In this document: positions 26,495-35,658 of the stretch, piece by piece
Layout of the letters: each line of letters begins with the position of its first letter
How positions within the stretch are numbered: the stretch's first letter is position 1
Source of the DNA: Minisyncoccota bacterium
Lineage (GTDB): Bacteria > Patescibacteriota > Minisyncoccia > Phycocordibacterales > JACRKE01
Direction of reading: 5' to 3'
Length of the DNA: 64,000 nt
Assembly: GCA_041660505.1 (NCBI GenBank)
Contig: JBAZWG010000001.1
Location: forward strand, 307,979 to 371,978
Made by a program: the position numbers and the translations under genes
The notes under the pieces: model-generated
Told to the model about the DNA's origin: nothing
The model's input: the letters and a program-made list of their open reading frames with translations, nothing else
Databases searched by the model: none

Positions 26495-26573
26495 ACACAT
26501 AGTTTAGCGCTTTTGAGTACGCTCTGCAACCAGTTTCCCCTCTCCTTCGGGGAGGGGCGCAGGGGGAGGGGCT

Positions 26574-28721
26574 TTACTTCCTCGCTTCGATAATCTGGGC
26601 TTCGATATTCTTGGAGACAATCTGATATTCGCAGAATTCCATGGTGAAGCTGGCGCGGCCCTCGGTCATACTGCGGAGCTGAGTGACGTAGCCGAACATT
26701 TCCGATAGTGGCACTTTGGCATTGACCACTTTGTTCTGTCCGCGATTTTCCATACCTTCTATTTGGGCGCGGCGGGATGACAGGTTACCGGTCACGTCAC
26801 CCATAAACTTCTCGGGCGTCACCACCTCCACCTTCATTATCGGCTCGAGGATAACCGGGCCGGCGCGTTTGGCCGCTTCTTGGAAGGCGATGGAGCCCGC
26901 CATTTTGAACGCCATTTCGGACGAGTCCACGTCGTGAGATGAACCGAAGGTGAGCTCGACGGATACATCCACAACCGGGAAGCCGGCAAGAATACCGCGG
27001 CCAAGAGCTTCGCGCACGCCTTTCTCAACGGCCGGGATAAATTCATTCGGAATGACACCGCCCTTGATACTGTTGATGAACTCGAAGTGGTCCTCGCGCG
27101 TCGTATTCTTCGAGACTTTTTTATCAGGGTCAACAGCCTCAAGCGGTTTGACGGTAAGCACGCAGTGGCCGTACTGACCGCGACCGCCGGACTGCTTGAT
27201 GTGCTTGCCTTCCGCCTCGGCGCTCTTCGTGATGGTCTCCTTGTACGCCACCTGCGGTTTGCCGACGTTCGCCTCCACATTAAATTCGCGCTTCATGCGG
27301 TCAATGATAATTTCGAGGTGGAGCTCACCCATGCCGGAGATAATCGTCTCCATTGTCTCTTCATCGGTCGAGATTCTAAATGTTGGGTCTTCGTCCGAGA
27401 GGCGCTTCATGGCCAAGCCCATCTTCTCTTGGTCGGCCTTGGTCTTGGGCTCAATGCGCATAGACACGACCGACTCCGGGATCTTGATAGACTCGAGCAC
27501 GATAGGATGTGCCTCATCACAGAGCGTGTGGCCAGTCTTGGCTTCTTTAAGCCCTACCGCCGCCGCGATTTCACCGGCGAAGACTTTCTTAACCTCTTCG
27601 CGTTCATTCGCATGCATGCGGAGGATACGGCCAAGGCGTTCGCGCGAACCGGTACTGGCGTTATAAACATAAGAGCCAGACTCGATTGTGCCGGAGTAGA
27701 CGCGGAAGAAGGTGAGCTGGCCAACAAACGGATCTGATTGTAATTTGAAGGCAAGAGCCGAGAAAGGCTGGTCGTCAGAAGCCGGGCGAGTAATCTCCTC
27801 ACCCGTGTTCGGGTCAGTCCCCTTCGTGACCGGGATGTCTAGCGGCGATGGCAAGTAGTCAACGACAGCATCGAGCACAAGTTGGACGCCTTTGTTCTTA
27901 AGAGCCGAACCGCAGAGCACAGGGACTATCTTGTTGTCGATTACCGCTTTGCGGAGAATTTTCTTGAGGCGCGCGATATCGATCTCTTTACCTTCCAGAT
28001 ATTCATTCATCGCGGTGTCATCTTCGGCCACAATCTTCTCGATGAGTTCGTGATGGAATTTCTTGGCTGTCTCGAGCAAGTTTTCCGGAATTTCCGCCTC
28101 TTTTACCACACTGCCTTTGTCTCCTTCGAAGTAGAACGCCTTCATTTGGAGCAGGTCAATAACGCCTTCATGCTTATCCTCTTCGCCAATTGGGATTTGC
28201 ATTCTTACTGCGTCCTTCGTAAGCCGGTCTAATATTGTGGCGTAAGAATGTTCGAAGTTACCTCCCGTGCGATCGAGTTTGTTAATGAAGCAGATGCGCG
28301 GCACGTTGCCCTCGTCGGCATAACGCCAGTTGGTCTCGGATTGGGGCTCTACGCCGGCCACGCCGTCAAATACTACGACAGCGCCGTCCAAGACGCGCAA
28401 AGAACGACGCACTTCGATAGTGAAGTCAATGTGCCCCGGGGTGTCAATAATATTGAAGCGGAGCTTTTTACTGACGTCCTTCTTATCGGCAACGTAAGTC
28501 GGTGTCCAGAAGGCCGTGGTTGCAGCCGAGGTAATAGTAATACCGCGCTCGCGCTCTTGCTCCATCCAGTCCATGACGGTGTCGCCCTCGTGTACCTCGC
28601 CGATCTTGTGTGATACGCCGGTGTAGAAAAGGATGCGCTCCGAAGTGGTCGTCTTGCCCGCATCAATGTGGGCGATGACGCCGAAGTTACGTACTCTGTC
28701 CAAAGGATAATCTCGATTCAT
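26574..28721 (-). CDS. fusA: Elongation factor G
   Basis: 715 aa. It has [10 protein letters not shown] and DTPGHIDF, the canonical sequences of EF-G. Confidence 0.97.
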   Translation of the reverse strand: MNRDYPLDRVRNFGVIAHIDAGKTTTSERILFYTGVSHKIGEVHEGDTVMDWMEQERERGITITSAATTAFWTPTYVADKKDVSKKLRFNIIDTPGHIDFTIEVRRSLRVLDGAVVVFDGVAGVEPQSETNWRYADEGNVPRICFINKLDRTGGNFEHSYATILDRLTKDAVRMQIPIGEEDKHEGVIDLLQMKAFYFEGDKGSVVKEAEIPENLLETAKKFHHELIEKIVAEDDTAMNEYLEGKEIDIARLKKILRKAVIDNKIVPVLCGSALKNKGVQLVLDAVVDYLPSPLDIPVTKGTDPNTGEEITRPASDDQPFSALAFKLQSDPFVGQLTFFRVYSGTIESGSYVYNASTGSRERLGRILRMHANEREEVKKVFAGEIAAAVGLKEAKTGHTLCDEAHPIVLESIKIPESVVSMRIEPKTKADQEKMGLAMKRLSDEDPTFRISTDEETMETIISGMGELHLEIIIDRMKREFNVEANVGKPQVAYKETITKSAEAEGKHIKQSGGRGQYGHCVLTVKPLEAVDPDKKVSKNTTREDHFEFINSIKGGVIPNEFIPAVEKGVREALGRGILAGFPVVDVSVELTFGSSHDVDSSEMAFKMAGSIAFQEAAKRAGPVILEPIMKVEVVTPEKFMGDVTGNLSSRRAQIEGMENRGQNKVVNAKVPLSEMFGYVTQLRSMTEGRASFTMEFCEYQIVSKNIEAQIIEARK

Positions 28722-28848
28722 GAAAATAATTTCGAATTTCTAATTTTTAATTTCGAATGAAACAAAAAAGCACGAGTGCTTGTGTCGCCATACAATACAG
28801 TAAAATTGGGAAATAATCAACCCGCGCGAGTCCGCATTCCGAGGTTCG

Positions 28849-28879
28849 AAAGTGGTCAACACCCGATGTTGACCACTTT
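28849..28879. repeat. GGTCAACA-N-TGTTGACC hairpin (family 4)
   Basis: aaagtggtcaacacccgatgttgaccacttt is followed by ttgatt on the plus strand. A second copy is at 62727-62759. Confidence 0.7.
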
Positions 28880-28880
28880 T

Positions 28881-29024
28881 TGATTAACCAACCAAACTTC
28901 TTTTCTCCTCTTCGAATGCTTTCAGCTTGCTTAATTCTTTACTACTCCAGCGGCAGGAATGGCCGGTTTTGTTCGGCTTGCACAGTGCACAACTGCGCTT
29001 TTTATTTTTCAATCTTTTGCGCAT
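28881..29024 (-). CDS. Small basic Cys/His-containing ORF (47 aa), function unknown
   Basis: MRKRLKNKKRSCALCKPNKTGHSCRWSSKELSKLKAFEEEKRSLVG. It is below the 60-aa cutoff of the track and was found by manual translation. It lies between rpsG and fusA, where nothing is expected. Confidence 0.25.
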
Positions 29025-29177
29025 GATTAAATTTTACTTGATTTTTTATGTGTTCCATCATATACTTATCTCGTGCTTGGAGGGCTTCAGCCCTGTCACG
29101 GCTATCCATGCTGTAGCCAGGCACGCTAAAGGACATCGTTCAGAATATGGCGGTGTTTTTTAGTTTCTGGTACTTCT

Positions 29178-29693
29178 TTAATCATTCTCAGGGTCACCAC
29201 CATGCAGTATCCTACGTTTCGCCTCTTTGTTAATTTTCCAGAATGGAATGATGCTCCAGAAATACTTTTCTCCGCCAGCTACTTCTTTGACAATTACTTT
29301 GACGCGGACGTTATCCAAAACCGCGATGAATTCATAGAACGAAACATCTTTAAGAACATGCTCCCAGCGATTATTCGTCTTTTGTGATTCGAACCGTTTA
29401 GTATGGAATATGCCTTGTACCGTCCGCGAGAGTCTTAAGACTTCAGGTGCCAAATGTAATAATTTAAGCCGTGCATACTGGTCATGGTGCGGCCGCGCTT
29501 GTTGATCCGATTTGAATTTTAAATGTCGAATCCCCTTAGCATTGAATGCGATGTCTCCGGAAAAATACGGACAGCGCACAGATTTAATAGTTTCATAAAA
29601 TGCTTCTGCTCTATCGCGATGTGCCAGGAAGTCAGCTTCATCTTTCAAATTAAACTTTCCCATGTAGCCGTCATTATAGCGCAGTCGAAACAA
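29178..29693 (-). CDS. Hypothetical protein inserted between rpsG and fusA
   Basis: 171-aa ORF (MFRLRYNDGYMGKFNLKDEADFLAHRDRAEAFYETIK...). No family was recognised. Confidence 0.45.
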   Translation of the reverse strand: MFRLRYNDGYMGKFNLKDEADFLAHRDRAEAFYETIKSVRCPYFSGDIAFNAKGIRHLKFKSDQQARPHHDQYARLKLLHLAPEVLRLSRTVQGIFHTKRFESQKTNNRWEHVLKDVSFYEFIAVLDNVRVKVIVKEVAGGEKYFWSIIPFWKINKEAKRRILHGGDPEND

Positions 29694-29724
29694 ATCAGTT
29701 GTACCCGGAATGGGGACAACGCAA

Positions 29725-29760
29725 AAGGTTCGACCTTTTACTTGCTTAAGGTCGAACCTT
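29725..29760. repeat. Family-1 paired palindrome (tcgacc variant)
   Basis: aaggttcgaccttttacttgcttaaggtcgaacctt. Confidence 0.7.
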
Positions 29761-29785
29761 GGAAATACAAATTCGGGAAATCAAA

Positions 29786-30256
29786 CTACCAGGCGAAGTG
29801 GGCGAAGGCTCTGTTTGCCTCTGCCATCTTGTGAGTATTCTCGCGCTTCTTGACGCCCTCGCCTTCGTTCTTATTGGCGGACATTATTTCTTCTACCAGG
29901 CGCTTGTGCATAGGCTTGCCCTTTTTGGCGAAGGCGGCGTTGATGAGCCAGCGGAAGGCGAGTGACTGGCGGCGCTCCGGGCGCACTTCGCGAGGTACTT
30001 GGTAGGTCGCACCACCAATTCGACGTGAGCGGACCTCCATAAGCGGGGCGACGTTCTTGATGGCGTTCTCGAAGAGCTCGAGCGGAGCCTCGGTCTTGCC
30101 GGCGGTTTTAAGCTCGTCCAACATGCCGTAAACGATCTTCCTCGCTGCATTCTTCTTGCCGCGCTCCATTATATAGTTGGTGAACTTAGAAACCACTTCA
30201 GAATTATATTTGAAGTCTGGTGTAACTTTATTTCGGTTTTTTACTTTTCTGCGCAT
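29786..30256 (-). CDS. rpsG: 30S ribosomal protein S7
   Basis: 156 aa. ...KFTNYIMERGKKNAARKIVYGMLDELK... matches S7. Confidence 0.95.
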   Translation of the reverse strand: MRRKVKNRNKVTPDFKYNSEVVSKFTNYIMERGKKNAARKIVYGMLDELKTAGKTEAPLELFENAIKNVAPLMEVRSRRIGGATYQVPREVRPERRQSLAFRWLINAAFAKKGKPMHKRLVEEIMSANKNEGEGVKKRENTHKMAEANRAFAHFAW

Positions 30257-30273
30257 AATTTTTGTCTGTCTTT

Positions 30274-30309
30274 AAGGTTCAACCTTTTGGATGCCTAAGG
30301 TTGAACCTT
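30274..30309. repeat. Family-1 paired palindrome
   Basis: aaggttcaaccttttggatgcctaaggttgaacctt lies between rpsL and rpsG. Confidence 0.8.
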
Positions 30310-30326
30310 GGCCAGTCTTTATTTCT

Positions 30327-30749
30327 TTATTTCTTTCCTGCCTTCGGAGCCTTTGCACCGTACTTGCTGCGACCTTGGCCGCGCTTCTCTACCCCACCGG
30401 CGTCCAAGCGTCCACGCACAATATGGTAGCGCACACCGACAAGGTCCTTCACACGGCCGCCGCGAATCATCACGACAGAGTGCTCTTGCAGGTTGTGGCC
30501 GATGCCCGGGATGTAGGCGGTGACTTCCATACCGTTCGTCAAGCGTACGCGAGCAACTTTACGGAGAGCGGAGTTCGGCTTCTTCGGCGTTGTGGTCTTT
30601 ACCAATGTACAAACACCGCGCTTGAAGGGCGACGGGTAATAAATCGGCTTGTTTTTGATCGTGTTGAACCCGCGCGAAAGAGCGATCGTGCGGATCTTGC
30701 GCTTCTGAACTTTGCGCGGCTTGCGGACAAGTTGATTGATGGTTGACAT
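30327..30749 (-). CDS. rpsL: 30S ribosomal protein S12
   Basis: [70 protein letters not shown]... matches S12. Confidence 0.96.
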   Translation of the reverse strand: MSTINQLVRKPRKVQKRKIRTIALSRGFNTIKNKPIYYPSPFKRGVCTLVKTTTPKKPNSALRKVARVRLTNGMEVTAYIPGIGHNLQEHSVVMIRGGRVKDLVGVRYHIVRGRLDAGGVEKRGQGRSKYGAKAPKAGKK

Positions 30750-30832
30750 GTAAGTGAGTATGATAGCAGAAATTTGCCTATAATGTCAATTTGCCGTAGG
30801 CTTAACTAGGTTTTGGCGGGGAAAGGAAGGAT

Positions 30833-31216
30833 ATGATAATAATAAAGCCTGTGAGGCGGAAGCGGCGCCTCGATGACATCTTGGGAGAAATCCTAGCGTT
30901 CGAGAGCGACCTCGAACGCGACTTCAAGAATACAGCGGCGGCCATTGGCTCGCCGAACTTCGTTTATCACCTTCAGAAGACTCATGCGAATTGCTTCAGT
31001 CTTTTGGATTTGGTGAACACCAAGTTTCATAGACCAGCCGATTTGCCTCCAAGTGCAAAGAAGGAGAATTTGCTACCTCTTTGCGATTGGACAGTTCTAC
31101 TCCTCGAGCGGGTCATCGACACCTGCAAGAAGAGAAAGGACTCGCAAGTCCCATGGTCCTTGGAGCCAGGAGTCGAGAGACTCAAGGCTATCAGGGCGAA
31201 CATTTCCGTCATTTGA
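30833..31216 (+). CDS. Hypothetical small protein (cassette A)
   Basis: 127 aa. A ggcggggaaaggaagg RBS-like sequence precedes it, and a TATAAT at 30781-30786 lies about 50 nt upstream of the ATG. A conserved 3' box plus hairpin follows. Confidence 0.45.
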   Translation: MIIIKPVRRKRRLDDILGEILAFESDLERDFKNTAAAIGSPNFVYHLQKTHANCFSLLDLVNTKFHRPADLPPSAKKENLLPLCDWTVLLLERVIDTCKKRKDSQVPWSLEPGVERLKAIRANISVI

Positions 31217-31373
31217 ACGGCCGCGCGTGAATCCCGCCACACGCCGGCCCATTGCGACCCCTCCGCTCGACACAGAGCAGTGAGGGGTCGCTTCTTTTCC
31301 ACAGAAATTTGCCTTAAACGTCAAGATGTGTTACTCTAATTACAGTTTGATTGGCGGGAAAGGAAGAGAAGAA

Positions 31374-31700
31374 ATGAAATTCTTGACTAGAGGTGTGTTT
31401 CTCAAGGTCGAGGAGCTTGTCCATGCTCTTCGCGCTAAGAGCACACTCGAGGTGCACACCATGAGGTGGCACCTTTTCGTTTACCTCGGGGCCGGTGAAG
31501 CCGAGAAATTCGGGATCACTCGTCCCGAAAACACGGCCACGGATCTGAAAGTTGCCAGGGATTGGACCGAGGCAACCTTGAAGAGACTCTCGGCACTGAC
31601 CGGGTCGTGCTTTTTCGAGGAGCAACTCTCTCTCCTCGAGAGACCTCTGCCCCAGACGGCCAGTAAGGTCTCGGACGAGTTCGAGGAAATCACTGGCTGA
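31374..31700 (+). CDS. Hypothetical small protein (cassette B)
   Basis: The start MKFLTRG is preceded by ggcgggaaaggaag. The same 5' box (agaaatttgcct) and 3' box (cgtgaaycccgccacacgccggccca) as cassette A flank it. The ORF is unrelated to cassette A. Confidence 0.45.
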   Translation: MKFLTRGVFLKVEELVHALRAKSTLEVHTMRWHLFVYLGAGEAEKFGITRPENTATDLKVARDWTEATLKRLSALTGSCFFEEQLSLLERPLPQTASKVSDEFEEITG

Positions 31701-31801
31701 TCAGCCCGACCAACGGCCTGCGTGAACCCCGCCACACGCCGGCCCAATACAAAGCCTCCCTCGCATGGTGCGTCGGAGGCTTTGAACTTTCTATGAGATA
31801 C

Positions 31802-32431
31802 TTAAGCGCCAAGAATCAGCTTAATCAAAAAGTATTCGAAATTCACAAGCCATGTTACGCCGGACGAGTTCAAGAAAACAATGAGAATAAAAACCAAAAA
31901 GAGCTGATTGCGCGTCATAAACTCTTCTATATATCTTAAGTGATACGGCAAGAGGGCGAAGAGAAGCTTAGAGCCGTCCAGAGGCGCAACCGGCAAAAGA
32001 TTAAATATACCTAATGAAATATTAACAAATATGATTGTGAACAGTAATGTCTGCGCGGGAAGACTAAAATAACCAAAGAAGAAGCGCGAGATAAGCCCGA
32101 AGACAATAGCCAAGAAAAGATTAGATAAAGGCCCGGCGGCGGCAACTATTGCCGGCCCCCACTTCCCTGCCTTTAGATTATACGGATTATACGGCACCGG
32201 CTTGGCCCAGCCGAAGGGGAATCCGGCAAGCGAGGTTATTATCGGCACTAGAATTGACCCGACAGGATCAAGATGTTTAAGAGGGTTCAATGTCAGCCGA
32301 CCGGCGTATTTGGCCGTCGGGTCGCCGAGTATGTAAGCCACATAACCATGCGACACCTCGTGCACGATAACCGACATAATGAGTACGGCGAGCGAGAAAA
32401 TTATAGTGAGTAGGCCAGTATCTTGCGGCAT
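31802..32431 (-). CDS. Site-2 protease family (M50) zinc metalloprotease
   Basis: 209 aa and polytopic. It has HEVSHGYVA (HExxH) in the first TM region. Confidence 0.75.
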   Translation of the reverse strand: MPQDTGLLTIIFSLAVLIMSVIVHEVSHGYVAYILGDPTAKYAGRLTLNPLKHLDPVGSILVPIITSLAGFPFGWAKPVPYNPYNLKAGKWGPAIVAAAGPLSNLFLAIVFGLISRFFFGYFSLPAQTLLFTIIFVNISLGIFNLLPVAPLDGSKLLFALLPYHLRYIEEFMTRNQLFLVFILIVFLNSSGVTWLVNFEYFLIKLILGA

Positions 32432-32461
32432 AGTGATTTATATGATAACATAATGGCTCTT

Positions 32462-32665
32462 ATGGCAAAAGCATGTCCACTATGTGCGCGAACGTCAGCC
32501 TCGGGCGGAGGATACTCCAACCGTGTTCGTGCTACCAAATTTAACCCGACCGGCACGGTAGCCAAGAAGGTTAACCTCCAATGGGCCAAGATCAAAGACG
32601 GCAGTAGAATGAAGATCTGCACCCGCTGTATCAAGGGCAACAAGAATCTCACCGCTACGCGGTAG
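32462..32665 (+). CDS. rpmB: Probable 50S ribosomal protein L28 (zinc-ribbon form)
   Basis: MAKACPLCARTSASGGGYSNRVRATKFNPTGTVAKKVNLQWAKIKDGSRMKICTRCIK. It is small and basic with CxxC...CxxC and an SN..TK..NP core. The track ORF starts at TTG 32423. Confidence 0.5.
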   Translation: MAKACPLCARTSASGGGYSNRVRATKFNPTGTVAKKVNLQWAKIKDGSRMKICTRCIKGNKNLTATR

Positions 32666-32701
32666 TTGAAAGTTTTAAAGTTTAAAGTTGAAAGTTCGGG
32701 A

Positions 32702-34735
32702 TTACTTCCGAGCTTTTTTAGTTGCGGCTGCGCCTTCTACTGACAGCACTTTACTTGTCATTGTGTTCATGCCGTTTACAAATTGTGATGATGAGATAAG
32801 GGATGGTGAGCTCGTAGATACCGGCTCGAGACGAATCTCGTACTTGAGCGTGAAATCTTTTTTTGTAGAGATGTACGCGTAATCAGTTTTAGTAAATACG
32901 TCCTTCGGAATCTTGCTTATGACCGGCACATCGTCTCCCCATGGCGCGAAGTCGAAGCCGGCTTTAACGGTGGGCTTCTTCGCTGTCTGCGGATGTTCGA
33001 GACGAATCTGATTCGGCGTCTTCATCAGCTCGCTTAGCGACATTGGGAATTCGCCGGCCACAGTCTTGTAACTCCCGAGTGCATAGAAAATACTTGAGAC
33101 ATTAGTTTCTTGCTTGTGTTCGTAATATTGGTCCAGGGTCATCCCCGAGAGCGATGCATAGGCTTCGACTGCGGAGATAACATTACCGGGTGCGACTAAA
33201 CTGATCGGCGTATTAATATCAGAAAGAGTCAGTGATGATTCGGTAACCATCATTTTATCTTTCGTGGCAGGGTCACTTTCGTCATAAGCGATTTTGGAGA
33301 GCGCATGCACCTTGACTGGGAAGGCTGTCTGCGGGTCGATCCAAACCTGCATCGCCACATTCGGGTCTGTATCTAATTTAACATCGTATTTATATGTGCG
33401 CGTATCTCCAATATTCTCATTTGCGAGATAGGTGGCAGAAGCATGCGTATTCTGCATGGTTTCTATGGCACTTAATACTTGTGGCGCGCTCGAGGCCATA
33501 CTGCCGAGCGAGAAACCGAACTCGTCCGCCGTGGTTTTATCAAACTTAACCCACTTGCCTTCAACCTTCGAAAGATCGAAGAGCCCGAGCGACGGAAGTT
33601 TATTGAGTTGAGCATAAAACGTTTCTCCTATTTTCATGAAACTGGCTTCTGAAGTGAAGGAAACTCCCCCCACGGTGCCGGTGAGCGTACCGTGAAGTTG
33701 GCCATTCTTATTAAGCACCGAACTTGAATCGGTTATATCGGCAGAACCGGATATATCCGCGTGAATGGTCATATCAGCCGGCATTCCGTAACCTGACATA
33801 CCTGTAACGGCAGGAGTTGTAGAACCGGTGACGAGTGCCTTGGGTGGCCGAGGGACAGAATTATCATAAGGCTCTGTCTTAACATCGATAGAGGCGGAGT
33901 AACCGAATGTATTAATAGAAGAAAACTTACCGAGCATCGCCCCGAAGAGCTGATCCTTGGGATACCTCTCGAAGAACGAAGAAACGAATGGCAGTTTGCT
34001 AATCTGGTCAGACAAAGCCGGCGGCAACCACGAACCGGTCATAGCGAACGATACGCCCGAGCCGATACTGGCCAGCACAACAAGCACAAGGACAACCATC
34101 GCGAGCTTATAAAAGATTCCGTGCTTTTTCTTTGGCATTACGCTAATCACAGCACCTGGCGGAGTCTTTGGTGCAGGTGCAGGTATTGGAATCGCTTTCG
34201 GCACCACCTCCGCTTGCGGGACAGATGGGTGCATCAAGTCCATCGGCATTGTTGGAATACCCGTAAGTGTGGTACTCAAACTCTGGGCCAGATTTTCATG
34301 AGCTGCGGGTGTCGGAAGAGTCATTCCGCGAGGAGCGGCTACTGGTGCGGGTATCGGCGCATAAGCAACTGCGGGTGTTGAGGACGCAAATTCAATTTTA
34401 GTATCTTGTTTTATCGCGGCAGACAGATCGTTCATCAAGTCTTGATCCGCCGGATGCGTCATAAGAGGAACGTCAATAGGAGCAACTGGCGCCGGCGGTG
34501 TTACGGGCTTTGGTGCCACCGGTTCCGCTTTAGCGGTCGGGATGGGCATTGCTGGTTTCGTCACAAGCCTATCTTTTTTAATTTCGGCTATTGCATTCTC
34601 TATTGCTTGTACCGAGTAACCAACCTTGATCAAGTCGGCCTTAGTTACATCTTCTTTACCGTTTGTAACTTCGCCTTTTAGATATTCCCAAATGACTCCG
34701 CCTTTTGTAATGGTATCCATACATCTATTATACAA
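32702..34735 (-). CDS. Hypothetical single-pass membrane protein with a Pro-rich linker and a large extracytoplasmic domain
   Basis: 677 aa. It has a Pro/Ala-rich segment, then the TM helix FYKLAMVVLVLVVLASIGSG, then about 440 aa of Ser/Thr-rich domain. It lies upstream of comEC. Confidence 0.55.
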   Translation of the reverse strand: MYNRCMDTITKGGVIWEYLKGEVTNGKEDVTKADLIKVGYSVQAIENAIAEIKKDRLVTKPAMPIPTAKAEPVAPKPVTPPAPVAPIDVPLMTHPADQDLMNDLSAAIKQDTKIEFASSTPAVAYAPIPAPVAAPRGMTLPTPAAHENLAQSLSTTLTGIPTMPMDLMHPSVPQAEVVPKAIPIPAPAPKTPPGAVISVMPKKKHGIFYKLAMVVLVLVVLASIGSGVSFAMTGSWLPPALSDQISKLPFVSSFFERYPKDQLFGAMLGKFSSINTFGYSASIDVKTEPYDNSVPRPPKALVTGSTTPAVTGMSGYGMPADMTIHADISGSADITDSSSVLNKNGQLHGTLTGTVGGVSFTSEASFMKIGETFYAQLNKLPSLGLFDLSKVEGKWVKFDKTTADEFGFSLGSMASSAPQVLSAIETMQNTHASATYLANENIGDTRTYKYDVKLDTDPNVAMQVWIDPQTAFPVKVHALSKIAYDESDPATKDKMMVTESSLTLSDINTPISLVAPGNVISAVEAYASLSGMTLDQYYEHKQETNVSSIFYALGSYKTVAGEFPMSLSELMKTPNQIRLEHPQTAKKPTVKAGFDFAPWGDDVPVISKIPKDVFTKTDYAYISTKKDFTLKYEIRLEPVSTSSPSLISSSQFVNGMNTMTSKVLSVEGAAATKKARK

Positions 34736-34776
34736 TGCGCGGATATATAATGATATTGAAAACAGTGGAAAAGTTT

Positions 34777-35658
34777 TTATTTCTTTTGCGCGATAGTATT
34801 ACCGTCGGAGACGAAGGTTATTGTACCCTGCTCATCCGTGCGTAAGTACGGGACGCCGAATTTCGCGAGCTTATCCAACGTTTCTTTATTCGGATGACCG
34901 TATTTATTGTCTTTACCGACAGAAATAATAGCGAATGAGGGTTTAACATATCCAAGCAGTGCTTCGCCGGTTGCGGTCTTAGAACCGTGATGACCCAATT
35001 TTAAAATATCGGCCTTAAGATTATCGCCGTCTAGCGATGCGAGATAATTTTCGACCGCTTGCGGTTCGTCGGCGGTCATAAGCACGCGAGTTTTGCCGTA
35101 AATCAATTCTGACACAATGGATTTATCATTAGTGTCACCGCCTTCTATGTATCTGTCGGGGAATAATATTCGCAACGTTGCTCCCCCGCCGAGGTCAACT
35201 ACTTGCCCGCGTTTGGCGATAACGACCGGTATCTCCTCTGTCTTGGCAATTCGTTCAACGAGTTGTTCTTGTTTATTAAGAGAATTGCCGGGCGACACCA
35301 TCAAGGCGCCGACATCATCGCGCGACAGCACGCTTGGCATACCGCCGGAATGGTCTAAGTCGGGGTGCGTCTCCATCACGAAGTCGATACGGCGATCATA
35401 GAATGGCAATTCATTGCCAAGCCTGCGCAAGACGATACTACCCGGGCCGGCATCGATGAGCGCATGATTCCCCACCGGTGACTCAATATATATAGAGTCG
35501 CCTTGGCCGACGTCTAGGAACGAGATAGTCAGTTTGCCTTGTCTTAACTCGTGGGATAATACATAAGCAAAGAAAAATACCGATACGCAAAGCCCGAGAA
35601 GAAAAGCTAGTTTAGCGTAGTGCTTTTTTGTGAAGAATTTCAGGTAATTTCCTTTCAT
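34777..35658 (-). CDS. comEC: ComEC/Rec2 C-terminal metallo-beta-lactamase domain (3' part of a split comEC)
   Basis: It has ...ISFLDVGQGDSIYIE...HPDLDHSGG...LKLGHHGSKT. It overlaps the upstream ORF by 47 nt in another frame. Confidence 0.75.
   Translation of the reverse strand: MKGNYLKFFTKKHYAKLAFLLGLCVSVFFFAYVLSHELRQGKLTISFLDVGQGDSIYIESPVGNHALIDAGPGSIVLRRLGNELPFYDRRIDFVMETHPDLDHSGGMPSVLSRDDVGALMVSPGNSLNKQEQLVERIAKTEEIPVVIAKRGQVVDLGGGATLRILFPDRYIEGGDTNDKSIVSELIYGKTRVLMTADEPQAVENYLASLDGDNLKADILKLGHHGSKTATGEALLGYVKPSFAIISVGKDNKYGHPNKETLDKLAKFGVPYLRTDEQGTITFVSDGNTIAQKK

Noticed and set aside
16868-26500. Diversity-generating retroelement targeting the giant surface proteins
   Set aside because: No reverse-transcriptase ORF (no YxDD motif) and no template/variable repeat pair could be found near the surface protein genes.
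15532-28721. Numerous 60-160-aa ORFs on the opposite strand or in alternative frames inside tuf, fusA and the giant surface and fibre genes
   Set aside because: They are embedded antisense or off-frame in strongly supported genes, have biased low-complexity composition, and have no independent start or RBS context.
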